Position numbers and translations under genes: made by a program. A stretch of DNA of 63,740 nt, counting the filler, from Sluysia triapertura (lineage: Eukaryota), in assembly GCA_046118255.1 (NCBI GenBank). It is 5 parts of 5 records of this genome, joined end to end, with 100 filler letters (N's around TTAATTAATTAA, not from the genome) between each part and the next. Parts side by side here need not be neighbours in the genome. Positions count along the whole stretch, not along the records: positions 38,627 to 52,385 come from JBJNIA010021957.1; positions 52,486 to 63,740 come from JBJNIA010186725.1; 3 more parts are not named here. One strand, given 5' to 3'. How positions within the stretch are numbered: position 1 is the first letter of the stretch; each line of letters begins with the position of its first letter. The notes below the pieces were generated by a model. That model was not told the DNA's origin, ran no database searches, and saw nothing but the letters and a program-made list of their open reading frames with translations. This document shows, one piece after another, positions 41,386 through 55,960 of the stretch.

Positions 41386-43608
41386 AGCATAAATTTCATT
41401 TATTGTTAAGAAAAAACATAAAATATAAGCAAATCAATTACCAACTAATGACTTTTTTAAGAAAAGATAGTTTTCTTTTGAACCTGAAATAAATAACTCA
41501 AAACTATTTTTACATAAAAAATTTATATATAGAATTAATTCAAATTAATCTAAAAATGTTATTATGGGAGTTAATAAATATTGTATTGGAAAAAATGTGA
41601 AGATTACACTTATTAAAATTAAAGAGAAATATGATTATGTTTTGTCATTATTGGCCTTCCTATAATAACAATTTCCTATCGCAACAATTTTAGGAGATTT
41701 TGCGACTATAGTAAAACAAATTCGTAAAATAGTAACAAACACGGCAAATGTTTGAGAATGAAAACAAATTAAAGAAAAAAGTGAGAATTTCTAAAAGCGT
41801 TTAAATCCCTATCAAGATAAAGAGGCCAAATAATGATTAAAAAATCAAATTAAACTAAACTTCTAAATCATTAAATGTAAAATAAGAATGTAAACATGAT
41901 ATACATAATATATGGAGAACAAAAAAAATTATATTTCATCATTTTGTTACAAATAATTACTAATTTAAATTTATAAATTTCAATAACGTAATTGTAAACA
42001 AGCATTACAAATGTGAAGAAACAATTTAAAATACCATAAATATAAATTAACTTTTCACTTTTAAATTTTAAATAAAATATTTTATGATTTATATAATGTG
42101 TATCAGATAATAAAAGGATCTATAATAGAATAAGAATTTTAATTTAAAAAATAACAAAATATTTATTAAATCAAGTTTAAAATTCACTACAAACATATCA
42201 ATGTGAATTATAAGATAAATTATCTTTAAGAAAATTAAGAAAAACAATGATATTACCATTTAAAAACTGTTTGCATAATGCTTTAATAAAGTTTATAATG
42301 ATTAAATTCTAATGGTAAATTTATTTTTCAATTACACAATAAACAAAACTAAATTCTCGAATATCATTTTACATGTTAATTAATATTTGTACTATTTTTA
42401 TAAATTGTAATTACATTTTTTATTCTTTCACAAATCAATTCATGCGAAAATTAAAATCCAGTTATGTATCATTTCGTACTGATTCATTGCACTCTATACT
42501 CAAATTTATTAATTAAAATTAATAATAATTTTGTTTTAGTTATTAAAGGAATAATTTTGTAAAAATTTGAATAATTGTAATTTCAACGAAAAATCTAATC
42601 AGTAGTAAAAAAGTAAATTTAATATATATTTATTTAATTTTTTTAAATGCAAAAGCAATTTAGATATTATTTAGATATTATTTATAATCAATATTTACTA
42701 TAAAATAATACTCGAATGTGCTTTTTTGTGGAGTTAATATTTTTGAAATGACGAGTAACAATTTTGTAAAATGATAATTTGCCGTTTTTGTTTTATATAT
42801 TAGTAATGAAATGTTGTTATGGGTTAGATTTAAATATACTTTAACTGTATTTTTCGAAAACTTCAAAATGTGACTGAAGTTCTTTTACTTTTCAGAGTAT
42901 TTTAAACAAAATTTTATTAATATTTAAATGTATTTCACAAAAGAAACTTTTACGATCTATTATATAGTTTTTGGATCTAGGGTCTTATTTGGTCTTAAAC
43001 CTGAGACAAACTTACGATATCTTTATAATTTATTATCGGCCTTATCGGTTTAGAATTGAATTAAGTTACAATGACAATAAGGATTTCAGCTCTGTTTTAT
43101 TTCAGTTCATAAATTTCCTCGTGATAATTTGGGAGAGTTTATTCCAACTCCCATTCCATATTTAATTTTATTAGAACTTATTTCATCATGTACAAAAATG
43201 ATTGATATTAGCAAAATAATTAATATTTATTATTATGGTTTGATATGACTTTATAAACCATAAGAATCTCTTTTTTGGGTCTGTATTATATTCATAGGAT
43301 CTCATTTTTATTGGCAACAATTACAATTTATGACCGTTAACCTAATTTTATTGTCTTTAACACTAAATGTTTTGGATTACTCTTTATTTTTCTCCAGTTA
43401 AATGTGAATTGGTTAGGACGCAGCATTTCATTGGTTGATCAAACCATTTTTCATATTTAAGATTACGAAGTTACATCACAGAATGACGCGATTATCTTTG
43501 ACCATTACGTCATTAATGTATGACGTACCAATTTATTATTATTAATTTAAATTAAATTAAATTTATTTTCTTTATTCTCTGGATACAAGATCTTTTGCAT
43601 AAATGAAA

Positions 43609-44466
43609 TGCTGTGGTTTTTCTAACACTTGACCTCCAGCAAAATATTTTTGAGTAGGGTTCAGTTACAGTAAACGTTTTACAACGTACTGTTGGCGCTC
43701 TGTAACTAATAAGTTAAAAGAGATACTTAAAAAGTAACGTTTCTAACTAAAAAAATTAATTGAAGGGTTCTTACAATTACTAAATAATTTAATATTTAAT
43801 TCAATAATTTAATAATTAAATGATGTAAAAACACTAATTCTTTTATTAAAAAATACAAAAATCCAAATAGCTTAATACAGTAAGTTATGAAACAAGATAA
43901 AATAATCAATTTTACAGATTAAAGCTCCGTGAGCGTTTAATCTGATTCTAATAAAGTTTAAATGGAGTTTATCCCTCAATATATCGGGACTTTATAAATT
44001 AATAGGGCATTTGAGTGAATTTTACGATTTTAACTTCAAAAGTTAAAATCTCCCTTAACAAATGTATAAATTACCAAAAGTTTGATTGAATTCCACAATT
44101 GGGCGATGGATATCTCGTAATTATCTTGAATAAAATTACCAAAATTGCAAATACCAAGATGGCGACTTTTTTTGTAAGATACTAGTTTATATGCTAGTAA
44201 TCATCGATTGAAAATTGATGGAATGTTCGTAATTATTCTAGAACATTCTAGAAGCTTCTAATCTATTTTTATTTTATAATTAATTTTATTTTCTTTTTTG
44301 GAAAATAATTGTTTTCAAAGTAATTTTAAAAATTAATAATTGATTTTAAGATGTTTTATATGTTTTTAATTAATTTTTTTGATAGTTTTAAATATTTTTA
44401 ATTAATTTTGCGGTGTAACTTTGACATATTTGAATTATTTCATAAGGTTGTGATGACAACCTAACA
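43609..44466 (-). mobile_element. Second, inverted solo LTR of the 39462-40265 family
   Basis: Shared AGAAGCTTCTAGAATG, CCCGATATATTGAGGG and AACTTATTAGTTACAGA blocks and matching termini. Confidence 0.8.
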
Positions 44467-45393
44467 AATTTAAATAAACAAACAACAAATCATGATTTAC
44501 AATGTTGATTATAAATATAATTAAATTATTATTATATTAAGTTATGATTATAATGTTACTGTTAATTGTAATTATAAAAAATAATTATAGTACAATCATA
44601 ATTATGCTTTGTTATTTTTGCGCCATCATAATCAAATTAACATTATTAAAATTAATAATAATACACATAATTAAATATAAAATATAAATAATAAAATATA
44701 AATCGTTGTGCTTAATTGAAGTAATTTAGTAAAATATTATTATTTATTAATATATTTCGAAATATATATAAAAATATTTTAAATAAAATTTAATAATCAA
44801 CAATGTAAATTCTAAAATTTAATTGGGGCAAAATTTAATTCTGACACAAATATTTTTACCTCGTAATAATATACTTTAATAAGATTTATTTTTAAAATTT
44901 ATTTAAGGAAATTTCTAGAGCTTATTTACTGATCATGCAATCAATAAATAATAATAAAATAATAATAATGATAATAATTTTTAAATTAGCAGAGGAAGTT
45001 ATATTAAGTTCGTCGTATACTATATGCTAGTAATAATTTAATGTTGTTAATATTAAAATAAATTAATAATTTATTATTATTATATAAAAATATAATTAAT
45101 AATTTAATATTATTATTTTAAAATGTTTAATCACCTCTTTGGTCACTCTTAGACTTGTATTACCACATGAATTTATTTTCAATATTATTTGTAATAATTT
45201 TAGATATTACGCCTTATTTAATGTTTTGTTTAATACCTTAATTGTTAAATTTCAACCTCTTTTCAAATGATATAAAATCATATGGAAAAAGCTATTATTT
45301 GTTAAAGCAATTTAGTATACACAGCGATAAAATCTATTTAAAATTCTTGTTTGATAATGTAAAATAAAATTAAAGAAGAAACTTAATATTTGA

Positions 45394-45444
<51 letters not shown>

Positions 45445-46658
45445 CATTCAAATCTTATGATCTTAGCGTTATGCATCTATTACATTAAAAAACTGTTTAT
45501 AAATAAATCTATTATTGTAATGTTTATTTGAAATTTAAATTGTTTACAATTACATTGAATTTATGAATAGATAGAATAATTGCATTATATTTAAAATAGT
45601 TATTTATAGTTACGTTAGAGAAATTTTATCTTTTTTTGTTTTAAAAGTTATAATGGAATGGTCACGGGACACCAAAATGAATCCTTATACATTTTAATTC
45701 ATGAGATAGTAATTAACTTACATAACAATCCTTGTAGTATATTGTCTACATTTGATTTGATTAATTCACCGAGGTTTTAATTTATAAAGTGCATTAATAT
45801 AATATAAATACAATATTTATTTGATGCGTTACATTGTCATATAATCTTATATTATTGTTGATAATTTTGCTAAAAAAGATACTCAAATTGTGGCAAATTC
45901 TATTTCAGTAATAAAATGAAGATATCACTATTTTAAATGTTAATAAAATTTGCTGTTTCTAATTACCGTTTCTAAATGATATGGTTGCTACTAAATTTCG
46001 AAAACGAAAAACCACTTCTTCCTTTGTTTCTAGTGAATTTATGATTATTTGAGATAAGTAGCAACCAAATTCAGAACATAATTCATCTTCTAAAGATGAG
46101 AAACTAACTATTTGTCAATGAGTTGTTAGATAAACAATTCTTGAATTAATCTATGCTTTTACTTAAATATTTGTAGTACAATTTCATGTAATTTTAATTA
46201 AAATGTGTTTAAATTTGTGTCTTTTTCGAAGATATATTTTGATACAATATTTTAAACCAGGTTCAGTCATTATTTTCAATAAAACACTCTATCTATTGTT
46301 TAGTGTCATCACAAATTTAATTATTTAAAGTATAATTCCGATTATTTAACTAATATTCTTTGTACAATATTATTTACTTTAACTAGTTTCGCAATCATAA
46401 CGAAATAAGGTACTTATTAGGTTCGATATCATCAACATTCATTACAGTCATCATTTAAATTCCAATAAATTATAAATCAAAAATCAATAATGTGATAATT
46501 TTAGGTTTTGAAATATAGAAAAAACAAAAATATGTTGTTTAGAAATAGTTTTCTTTTTACATTTTCATGTCTAATCATACTGCTTATTACTTGTTATATT
46601 ATAAAACACTGGTTTTAAGATTTTTAGCATTAATGTATTATTCTTTATTTTATTATTA

Positions 46659-47641
46659 TAGGGTTATTCCTTTTTATACCAACCAATATTCATTTTCATT
46701 TTAACCTGTATTCATTTTTATATTAAGCACTATTCAATTTTATATCAACTAATATTCATTTTTATATTAACATAATTAAGAATGAATAAAAAAAATTTCC
46801 AAAAATGAAGGTTCAAACTTAAAAAACGCGGTTTGTTCTATTATGAAATAAATCATAGCTGTTTATATTATTCGTAATATTAACATTTTTAATCAACTGT
46901 TTTAATCTAAAATAAAAGTATATCTCAATAACCCTTAAAAATGGAAAGAAAATCTAGGAAAAACATTACTAAAGAAGTTCCGGAAATAATAGTATCAATG
47001 TCTCAAGCAGAAAAAGCTTCAATTAAAAAAATTTCCGAAATGTTTAATATTAGTCGCCAAGCGGTCTGGAGAATCATAAAAGATCATGAAAGTGGAAAGA
47101 TTTTTACAACTTCTAACTAAAAAAGAAATGGTTTCAATGGACAATTCAATCACACAAAATGAAATCAAAGAAAAAATCATTGGCTTAAAAAATTTAAATA
47201 TTTCCCAACCTATGATTTGTAGAAAACTAAAAAAATGGGATTCAGTAGAAAAAGAGTGACAATGGTACCAATTGAAAGAAATGCATTAGAAAGGATAAAT
47301 CAAAGAAAAATTTATTCAAATGAAATTTCAAGAATTGCTGATGAAAATCTCATATTTTTTGATGAATATGTTTTGACCTTTGACAGTTTTAAAATTGTAT
47401 ATCTTTAATAAAATTCATACAAACCAGTAGAAAACTATTCAAATGTTTAAGATACTCATCCTTTTAATATTTTTAACTTACATATTTATATTGAACAGAA
47501 TTCATTTTTCAGCTAAGTCGGATTTAATTTTTGAAACATTTTTTAACTATGTAAATATAAAAATGAATATTAGTTAATATAAAAATGAATATTAGTTAAT
47601 ATAAAATTGAATAATACTTAATATAAAAATGAATAACCCTA
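46659..47641 (+). mobile_element. Internally deleted Tc1/IS630-like transposon
   Basis: TAGGGTTATTC...GAATAACCCTA TIRs with TA flanks and ~21-bp subterminal repeats; transposase from ATG 46941 (HTH ISEMFNISRQAVWRII, GFSRKR, LIFFDE) cut after the first catalytic Asp. Confidence 0.9.
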
Positions 47642-47769
47642 TAAATTTGTACTTTTTGATTTAGATTACTATAAATGAAACAAGTTTTTTCGAAAACACT
47701 TTGTTGTTAGAAAAACAGAGAATTTTATATATAAATAACAGAGCCGGCTTTCCCAAAAATCCAACGTAA

Positions 47770-47809
<40 letters not shown>

Positions 47810-48299
47810 TTATATAAATATGAATAAATTAAAATTTAAAATCATTATTTTAATTGTTTTTAAATAGCATCAGAAATAAAAATTGGGAAGTAAATGTGTA
47901 ACAATGTCAAACTTTGAATTCAATAGTTAGTAGACAATATTTGAATAGTAATGGTGACAAGTATAATAATAACAAACTTTGTACAAGTAATATGTAGAAT
48001 ATAAACTACATTAAATAAAGATAAAATATCAATATCATAACGTATGTTGATTGAATTTGTTTCAGTTTAATCTCACAATGTCTTATTAACACTTTATTTT
48101 CAAATGTTTACAAAGAATACATTGTCTTTATAAATGTCCGAGAAAGCATTATATAAAGTGGAAATAGACGAGGAAGCTGACGCCAAACTAGAGTTAAAAA
48201 TCTTTATAATAAAAAGAAAGTAAAGTGTTTCGTAAAAAAACATAATGAAGAATTTTCATCATTGCTGTTAATATACATTTTATTGACATTCAAATGAAA

Positions 48300-48830
48300 G
48301 ATGTTTATCTTTCAGTTAGAATTATTGGTTGTCCTAAAGTGTTTGTTAATTTTTGGGTTAAAAGTTATATAATTGTCAACTGTATTGAAGTTATGACGTA
48401 AAAGGTACAAGCATTAACAAAACCAACAGCACGTGATAAAAATATTCGTAAATATCTTCTATAAAATACTTGTGTTGGCTAAATAAAGAAGTTTATAAGT
48501 TTCCTCAAAAATCGAACAAGCTGAGGAAATAGGACTTAATGAATGTTATATTAATGCATAGAAAATGTTGTATTACAGCTCTAAGATCTTCGGTATTTAT
48601 ATAGATGAACAATTATTTTTAAATCAAACTTAAATTACAAATAATATTTGAATTTTAATAATTAACTTTGTTGAATTTTTACACTCTTCTAAATCCTGGA
48701 ATACAAAAATTATAAAAATAGATCACAAGTGTCAATTACAGAAAATATTAAACTCTGCTATAATGTACAATTTCCCAACTAGTTGTGCACAGCTCACTTG
48801 CTATCACAGAACTTTTCAAATCTAATAAAA
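48300..48830 (+). mobile_element. Highly degenerate LINE reverse transcriptase C-terminus
   Basis: KIFGIYIDEQL resembles the K.LG..ID..L motif; ends near an (ATT)n tract. Confidence 0.35.
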
Positions 48831-48921
48831 TATAATAAAGTCAAATAAAGTTAAATATTCTATAGAAATAAATAGAATGTAAAGAAATTGATAATGTCGA
48901 AAGAATTAAATGTTGTTTACG

Positions 48922-48972
<51 letters not shown>

Positions 48973-49716
48973 TTGTTATCTTTTTCAATCTTTTATAAAC
49001 TTTATATAAAATTAGAAATTATCATAATTTAAAAAATAAAATAAAGGATTCAATAATATGCAAGGAATTAATTAAACATGAGATGCTACAGAAATATTTG
49101 TTTTGTAAACAAATTTCAGAGTTTTGGTGGTCAACTTGTCACTTTAAGAATTTTATTCCACTATGACACAATAAAATCATCCTTGAGAACATTCACAATT
49201 GTTATCATCATCAAACATTTTAAACATAAAATTTCACAACAGCAAAATTTTCCTCGTCATCGAAAATCACCAAAAATCAAATTAAAAAATTTTTAAATTA
49301 AATCAACTCATTGCATATAAAACCATATTCTATAATATTTTAACATTTTCATATTTTATCTCCTTTACATCCACTAAAACATTATTCTAACCTTATTAAA
49401 ACAATCATACTTCATAACTTTACAATATCAAAATTACATTTCTTAACATTGCACAACAACCTTTTAGGATATATCAAAACTGTTCCTATATTTTATTCCT
49501 TTCAGATCCACTAAAATCAATTTCCATATCTCAAAACATTTTAGTTCTTTCTAAACTAAAGAGATATTTAAACTAGAAAGAAAGTTTATGTTTTAAAGAT
49601 AATAAAAAGTTTATACTTTTATTAGTTTTGTCATTTATTTTATACATTTTTGTATTATTGTTTTTATTATTATTATCATCAATTTTATCTAACATTAATT
49701 TTATAAACTAATAATT

Positions 49717-49775
49717 ACCACTATCAATGGTGACGTAGTTTCTATGTATAAATCGTTGTCATCATTGATAGTGGT
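49717..49775 (+). promoter_or_regulatory. Inverted repeat heading a gene cassette
   Basis: Arms 49717-49734/49758-49775, 17/18 match, 23-nt spacer; homologous to 17429-17490. Confidence 0.65.
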
Positions 49776-49996
49776 TGGCTTGTCAATATGAGAAATATCA
49801 GTGCTATTATTGGTCGTCCAACCAGAGTAAGTCTGTTCATTATTTTTATCACTCTTGTTGAACGCCAATGAAAATTTGCAACGATTTACAAGTTTGTATT
49901 CATTGTTGTTGCATAAAATAAATAAAATTGCATAAATGACTCACAATAACAATTAATAACATTATTGGCAGATAAATATATTTATAAAAATTATTA

Positions 49997-51250
49997 ATGA
50001 ATGATAATCTTTTGTTGAATTTAATGAATAAATTTATGATCGTTAATCCCTTAGTTAAACATTATGAAAGTGGATTCAGTATGACCGTTTTAGATGAACG
50101 TGATATCGTCAGTGGTCTGTATAGTGTAGAAAGTAGTGATTTTAATATAGGTCAAAAATGAAGGAAATTCTGAAAGTGAAACACAATCTCATTATAATTC
50201 GAGAAATCAAATCAGTAATAATAATTTAGAATTTACTTGTCAAAATCTAGAGCGGAGGTTCACTCACCTAAGCAACATCGAAAGTATGGTCAATGCAATT
50301 AGACACGAAGTTTGTGACCTGAGAACTCTCATCAACAGTGTCTGCAACAAAACTGGATTAAGCATTAAAAATTCAATCGACTTTAGTAGTTAAAATATTA
50401 ACCGAAAATTTAAAAAAAGATGCCTTTTATGAATTTATGATGCGAATTAATTGAAAATAGTAAAGCAAAAACTGATATGACTCAAAAGATACTGAGTTTT
50501 TTAATAAGAAGAGATGTAATGAGTCGTATTAATATGAGTGGTCGAAATCAAAAATTAAAGTTCCCACCAATAGTTACTAGTATAGTTCATGATTACTCTA
50601 AACTATATAAGATAGTTTTTGCTGCCACTGAAAACAAGATATAAAAAATGTGTCTTGAATATGGAAAAGATTAAACCTTTTGAGATTCTAGTAATGAATT
50701 TAGGAGAAAAGTCAATGCCAAATAAAGTTCTACTAATTAACTCAACTGAGTTAAACAAGGACGATAAAAATCGTTTGGAGAAGTCTCAAATATATCATTA
50801 TATCGATTCCTGAAATTAACAAAATGCAAATAATGTGATCAATAATTTAATGTCCGATCGATCAGCTACTATTAATTCAATTCATCGCAAATATGTCCGC
50901 GATTCATCAAGTTTAGATGTGTCGTAAATGGACACATTGTCCTTATTCAATTTATCAAGATGACGAATGTGCAAAATTCGGAACTAAATGCGTGTATGTA
51001 CACACTGATAATCAATTACTAGACTGTAAAGTCAACTGTGCATCCCTAACGGATCATCTCATTAGATTTGCAGATTTATTCACAAGCATCGGTATGCAAA
51101 CTCTAGAGATAGTTGACGATATAACTTTTGTTGGTAATAATAATAAAGTAAATTCTTTTACAATTATATCAAAGATATTTTAATTTTAAATTCTTTTTTA
51201 GATAGTGAAACGTGGTTATCAAAAAATTTGCGTATACAGATCCAACTTTA
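49997..51250 (+). pseudogene. Decayed ORF with BEN/DUF4806-like segment and CCCH-type zinc finger
   Basis: MTQKILSFLIRRDVMSRINMSGRNQKLKFP from 50477; MCRKW..C...C.KFGTKCVYVH in ORF 50917-51183. Confidence 0.5.
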
Positions 51251-51738
51251 TAAACAATAAAAAATTTAAATAATAATTTTAGGTGTTTCTAAGTGTTCAT
51301 TCATTATTTATAAATTTAAATTTTATTATTTCAATTAAACCTAATAAAAAGTAATTTTGTGCTACAAAGTTTTAAAAATAAAGTAAAACCTTATAAAAGG
51401 AATCAATTCGTAATCAAATTAATAATATTTCAGAAAACAAACAATTTTAAATTATTATCAGAGTATTGTTTTGAAATTTCCCAGCATGCTTTCTGTTGTT
51501 AATACCTACTTAGTATCTACTCTTTAATTGTTTCATGAAATAACAATGTATATTTGAAATTGTAAATATTCAAAGACTATTTAATTGCAAGATAAGTTAT
51601 GCTAAATTGTTTATTTATTTTTATCCTACGTGAATTCTTTACGATATTAGGCTTACTTACTTAAGGGTTAATACGTAAGTGGCGTATAAAATAGCTATTT
51701 TTTTATTGTTATTGGTATAATAATATTTATATACGTTG

Positions 51739-51880
51739 TGTAACCCCTGAAATTGAGTACTATAATTGATTTATAGTTTATAGTAAATTATAATTAATTG
51801 TCAAAAAAGACTAATTGTATTGAGTTAATTATTATTGATTTCTATTTTGATAAACTTGTGAGATTCAGACATTTAAGTAT
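51739..51880 (+). repeat. LTR-like family start TGTAACCCCTG (also 57658-57900)
   Basis: Shared start plus TTGTCA, TTGTAT and GAGATTCAG blocks. Confidence 0.5.
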
Positions 51881-52176
51881 ATTATATAATTGTCGTTGTT
51901 AATTTAAAAATATAAAAACACAACATTATTATCATTAATATTATTAACTATAATTATAATATTAACTATAATTAAAAATTATTGTTAAAATCATTATATA
52001 ATTATCGGAATAATTTTTGTTCCGATCTAAAATTAAGAAATCATTCTTTAAGTAACTTGCAACATACACATAAAATAACTAAATTAATTTTATATAATTA
52101 TTTAAATCTTTAATTATTATTATTTAAAATATTACACAAAAATTATGAGCTCGATAACACATTAATATTTATTTAG

Positions 52177-52385
52177 TAATTTAAGAACCCTCAATGTTAA
52201 TGCTTATTATGATCCGGCTCGTAATCAGATTTTATTTCCTGCTGCTATTTTACAACCACCTTTTTTTGATCCTGGGGTACCGCGTTCATTAAAATATGCT
52301 GGTATTGGTACTGCTATTTCTCATGAATTAATTCATGGATTTGATGATACTGGTTCCAAATTCGGACCATATGGAAATATTCAGA
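52177..52385 (+). CDS. M13 (neprilysin/ECE) metallopeptidase exon, cut by contig end
   Basis: TTTAG acceptor, then VNAYYDPARNQILFPAAILQPPFFDPGVPRSLKYAGIGTAISHELIHGFDDTGSKF with intact HExxH. Confidence 0.93.
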
Positions 52386-52485
52386 NNNNNNNNNNNNNNN
52401 NNNNNNNNNNNNNNNNNNNNNNNNNNNNNTTAATTAATTAANNNNNNNNNNNNNNNNNNNNNNNNNNNNNNNNNNNNNNNNNNNN
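52386..52485. other. Artificial contig-joining spacer
   Basis: 44 N + TTAATTAATTAA + 44 N. Confidence 0.97.
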
Positions 52486-52554
<69 letters not shown>

Positions 52555-53439
52555 AAATGTATTATAATTATTTTGTTAGATTTTATTATTTTGTTTCATT
52601 TGTTGTTTGTCTAAAAACTTAATCTAAACGATGGATTCACTTCAAAATTAGAAAATATAATCAAATGTATAAATTTAAGATTTCTGATGCAAATGCTTAT
52701 AGAAATTTATTTATTCCCTGTCTTAGATTCTTATAAATATTTCCACGTTTACTAATATTTATCCATGCTTCTACTTATTGATTGTCAATCTACATTTCTT
52801 AATCACTTGGTGTTTTTATTAATATAAGATCGGATTTCTTATACTCGTTCCGAAGTCCGGGAATGGAAACGCTTTAAAAAATTCTATTTTACGAAACTTT
52901 CTTTTTAACGTTACTACTCTTAATTTAATAATGAAAAAGAAAACAAACTCAACAACTTATTTATTTATTTTTATAAAACGTAACGTATATTTATATATAT
53001 AAAAATATATAAAACTTTTTATAATTTTAACAATGTTAACGTCCGAATTAAAAAATTATAAATCACTTACTGATTTCAAATGCCAGATAATAGTAAATGT
53101 TCACAGCTGTTAGATTCCTTTTCCCTTTATGAAATCGAAAATTAGCCCGTTCTATCAGCTCGAGAGATATTGTTATCTTGTAATTAATTTTATATTCTTT
53201 TATTGTTTTAACTTCAGACACCAGATTAATCACAACTAATTTTTATGTGTACAAAATCAGATACTTGTGTTGATTCACAATTTTTTGGTTCCTTTTATAT
53301 ATCCTTTAATTAATTTCTTGCTATAATATTAATCATTCAATATAGTCCATATACAATGTAACTTGTTTACAATGATAATTTATAAGTGTAATAATTCTGT
53401 AGGATGTGTAATTAATCATAAAAATTTTTCACAGTAATA

Positions 53440-53621
53440 ATTTAGTATGTTATAATAATTTTGTATACAATATTAGTAAGTACATAAATTTTATGCATGT
53501 AACTTTTATCAATGTTAATTATTTCTATATAAACTAGTATCAAATAATAATAATAGATACAATGGTATTTAGTATGTTATAATAATTTTGTATACAATAT
53601 TAATAAGTACATAAATTTTAT
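53440..53621 (+). repeat. Local 55-bp direct duplication
   Basis: 53440-53494 versus 53567-53621, one mismatch; a similar tandem duplication at about 54561-54646. Confidence 0.9.
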
Positions 53622-55651
53622 AGTCAGCAAATAATAATAATGAATACAATGATAATTATAATCACAATAATGATAATAGTCAGTGACTATTATTTTTATT
53701 TCGTCTTTGTATAATAAAAATTTAAATTTTATATTTACTCTTAAATTGGTAAAATCATTATAAATTTAATGATAATATTTCTAATTTTTATTTTAAACTA
53801 ATTTTAGAAAGATTTTAATAAATATTGTCTACAATTTTATTAAAAGTATTATTATTATCACTCTAGTATTTTGAAAGTTCTATTATTATCATTCTTAAAT
53901 GCATTTAATCACATCAATTCATTACTAGTTTTCTAAATATTATTATTAGTCATCAATATCAGTACATTTCATTTATCAGTTTTAAAGGTCATATGGCCTT
54001 ATAAGAAGTGTGAATATAAATAGCGTTTAAAAACGCTTCGTCTCACAATCAATTATCACACACTGAAAAGCAGTAAAACCACTATTTTAAATCACTAGTT
54101 GATACATATTAGTTTAAGTTTTAATTCTAAGAATTTATCAAAAGAAACGACTTCATATAAATCTTATTTTTCAAGAAGTATCAAAGACGAATTTTTAAAA
54201 GTTATTCTCAATATTTTGATTTTTTTCGAAAAAATTTATCAAGAAGAAGACATCATTATATTTATTCCTTCACAATTCATTTCTAAAAAATTCAAGGTTA
54301 GTTTCTAATTAATAATGTAAAAGTTTAGTTAAAAGTTTATAGTATAAAGTCTAAAGTTTGGAATCAGCACAATTAGTTTTAATATCCGAAAATTAAATTT
54401 ATTTTATGTTTTAATATATATTCGAAAATTAGAGTTTAAAGTTTATGTTTTAAATTTACATTAACATAATTGGTTTTAAATATAATATAAATTCAAATAG
54501 AATTATTTTATTTCAAATTTTTAAGGATTTTGTCATCAAACCTCCAAATTAGTAAGCTTGATTATTGTTATATTTAAATTATTAAATTATTAAATCTTTT
54601 TATAATTATTGTTATATTTATTATTAAATTATTAAATCTTTTTATAAAAATCTTTTTATAAAACTTATTATTATGAAATTTAATTATAATTTAATTATTT
54701 ATGAAAATTTTCTTGTTTAAATGATAAATTTTGTTTAAATGGACTAACCTTAACAGGTAAACATTTAGTATAAATAGGCTTATTCAATTCATAATTTTCA
54801 CAACAACAATTCTTACAATTACAATTGTAAATTACTATCTGCCACTTGCTAAGATTTTTCTGACGACATTAACGCAGAATTTTCAAATTTTTAATTTATA
54901 TTCAATCTTTTGGATCGTTCTCAGAAAGAAATCGTCGATAACGCTACAGTCACACAATTCGCCAAATTACTGAAATTCACCGTTACTTGTTACTGTTAGT
55001 CTATTTTGATAAGTTTTTTCGCAATTATTAACAATTGCTAAGTAAAATCAACGTAAAATATAATTTAAAAGAATTTCGTTTTCTTTCACGAAAACAAAGA
55101 AAAATCTCTTCTAAAATCATTATTATAAAGATTATCATAATAATCTGTGTAAAGTTAATTATTATATTATTATATTATTATTACCTTTTTGAGTAATATA
55201 ATTTCATCATTATTTTTGTTGATTTTAATTTAAAAATCGTACAGGTTCGAGAAAGAACCTTAGCAAAATCATTAATTATTGATAAGGGTTCAGTTTACTT
55301 GAACCCAAGTAAATTATACATTAACGGTTTGTATAATCAAACCGAAGTAAACTCACAATATTATAAGTTTTTAATATATTAATAAAATCTATTATAAAAT
55401 CTATTGTCCCTAAAATTTTTACTCATTTAACTATTGATATTTGAATTTTTGATCATTATTATTTTAACATTTAATATCACATTAAAGTATCACTGATATA
55501 CAAGAAATCCTTCTTCTTAGTCTTGACTATTAAATTTAGTGACCTCCATTTTTACTTTACAAAAATCCAACGGTTGGCCGTTCAGTCTGTAAGTCCAATA
55601 CGTTGGTGGACTCACTGACATCTTTTAAGTTTTATTCATAGCATACATACC

Positions 55652-55960
55652 TTGCATATAGCTCATCGTCATGAAACGACTATCATTAGACAAGAAGATT
55701 ACATCACTCAAGTTATCGCCTTTTGTCAATACTCCGCAGACGATCATTGGATTTGTCTGAAGAACGGAGTAAAGTATCGACATACGCATATGGTCGAAGA
55801 ATCAGAAATCTTCGAACTACTCAAGAATCTTGATTCATGGATAATTACACATACCTAAAAGGGTTGTGAATGAAAATTCATGAAGTGATATTTACTTTTT
55901 CCGATAACAATAACAACTTTATGGACTCAAATAAAATACACATGTATAACAGAGCGACCA
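55652..55960 (+). pseudogene. Decayed ORF with possible HUH-endonuclease motifs
   Basis: HWICLKNGVKYRHTHMV and, in the same frame past three stops, LLFPITITTLWTQIKY. Confidence 0.3.

Noticed and set aside
45900-46320. Possible third HUH-like remnant (EFGCYLSQ)
   Set aside because: The HxH motif is not actually present
46661-46790. CRISPR-like short repeats
   Set aside because: No unique spacers; these are transposon subterminal repeats in eukaryotic DNA
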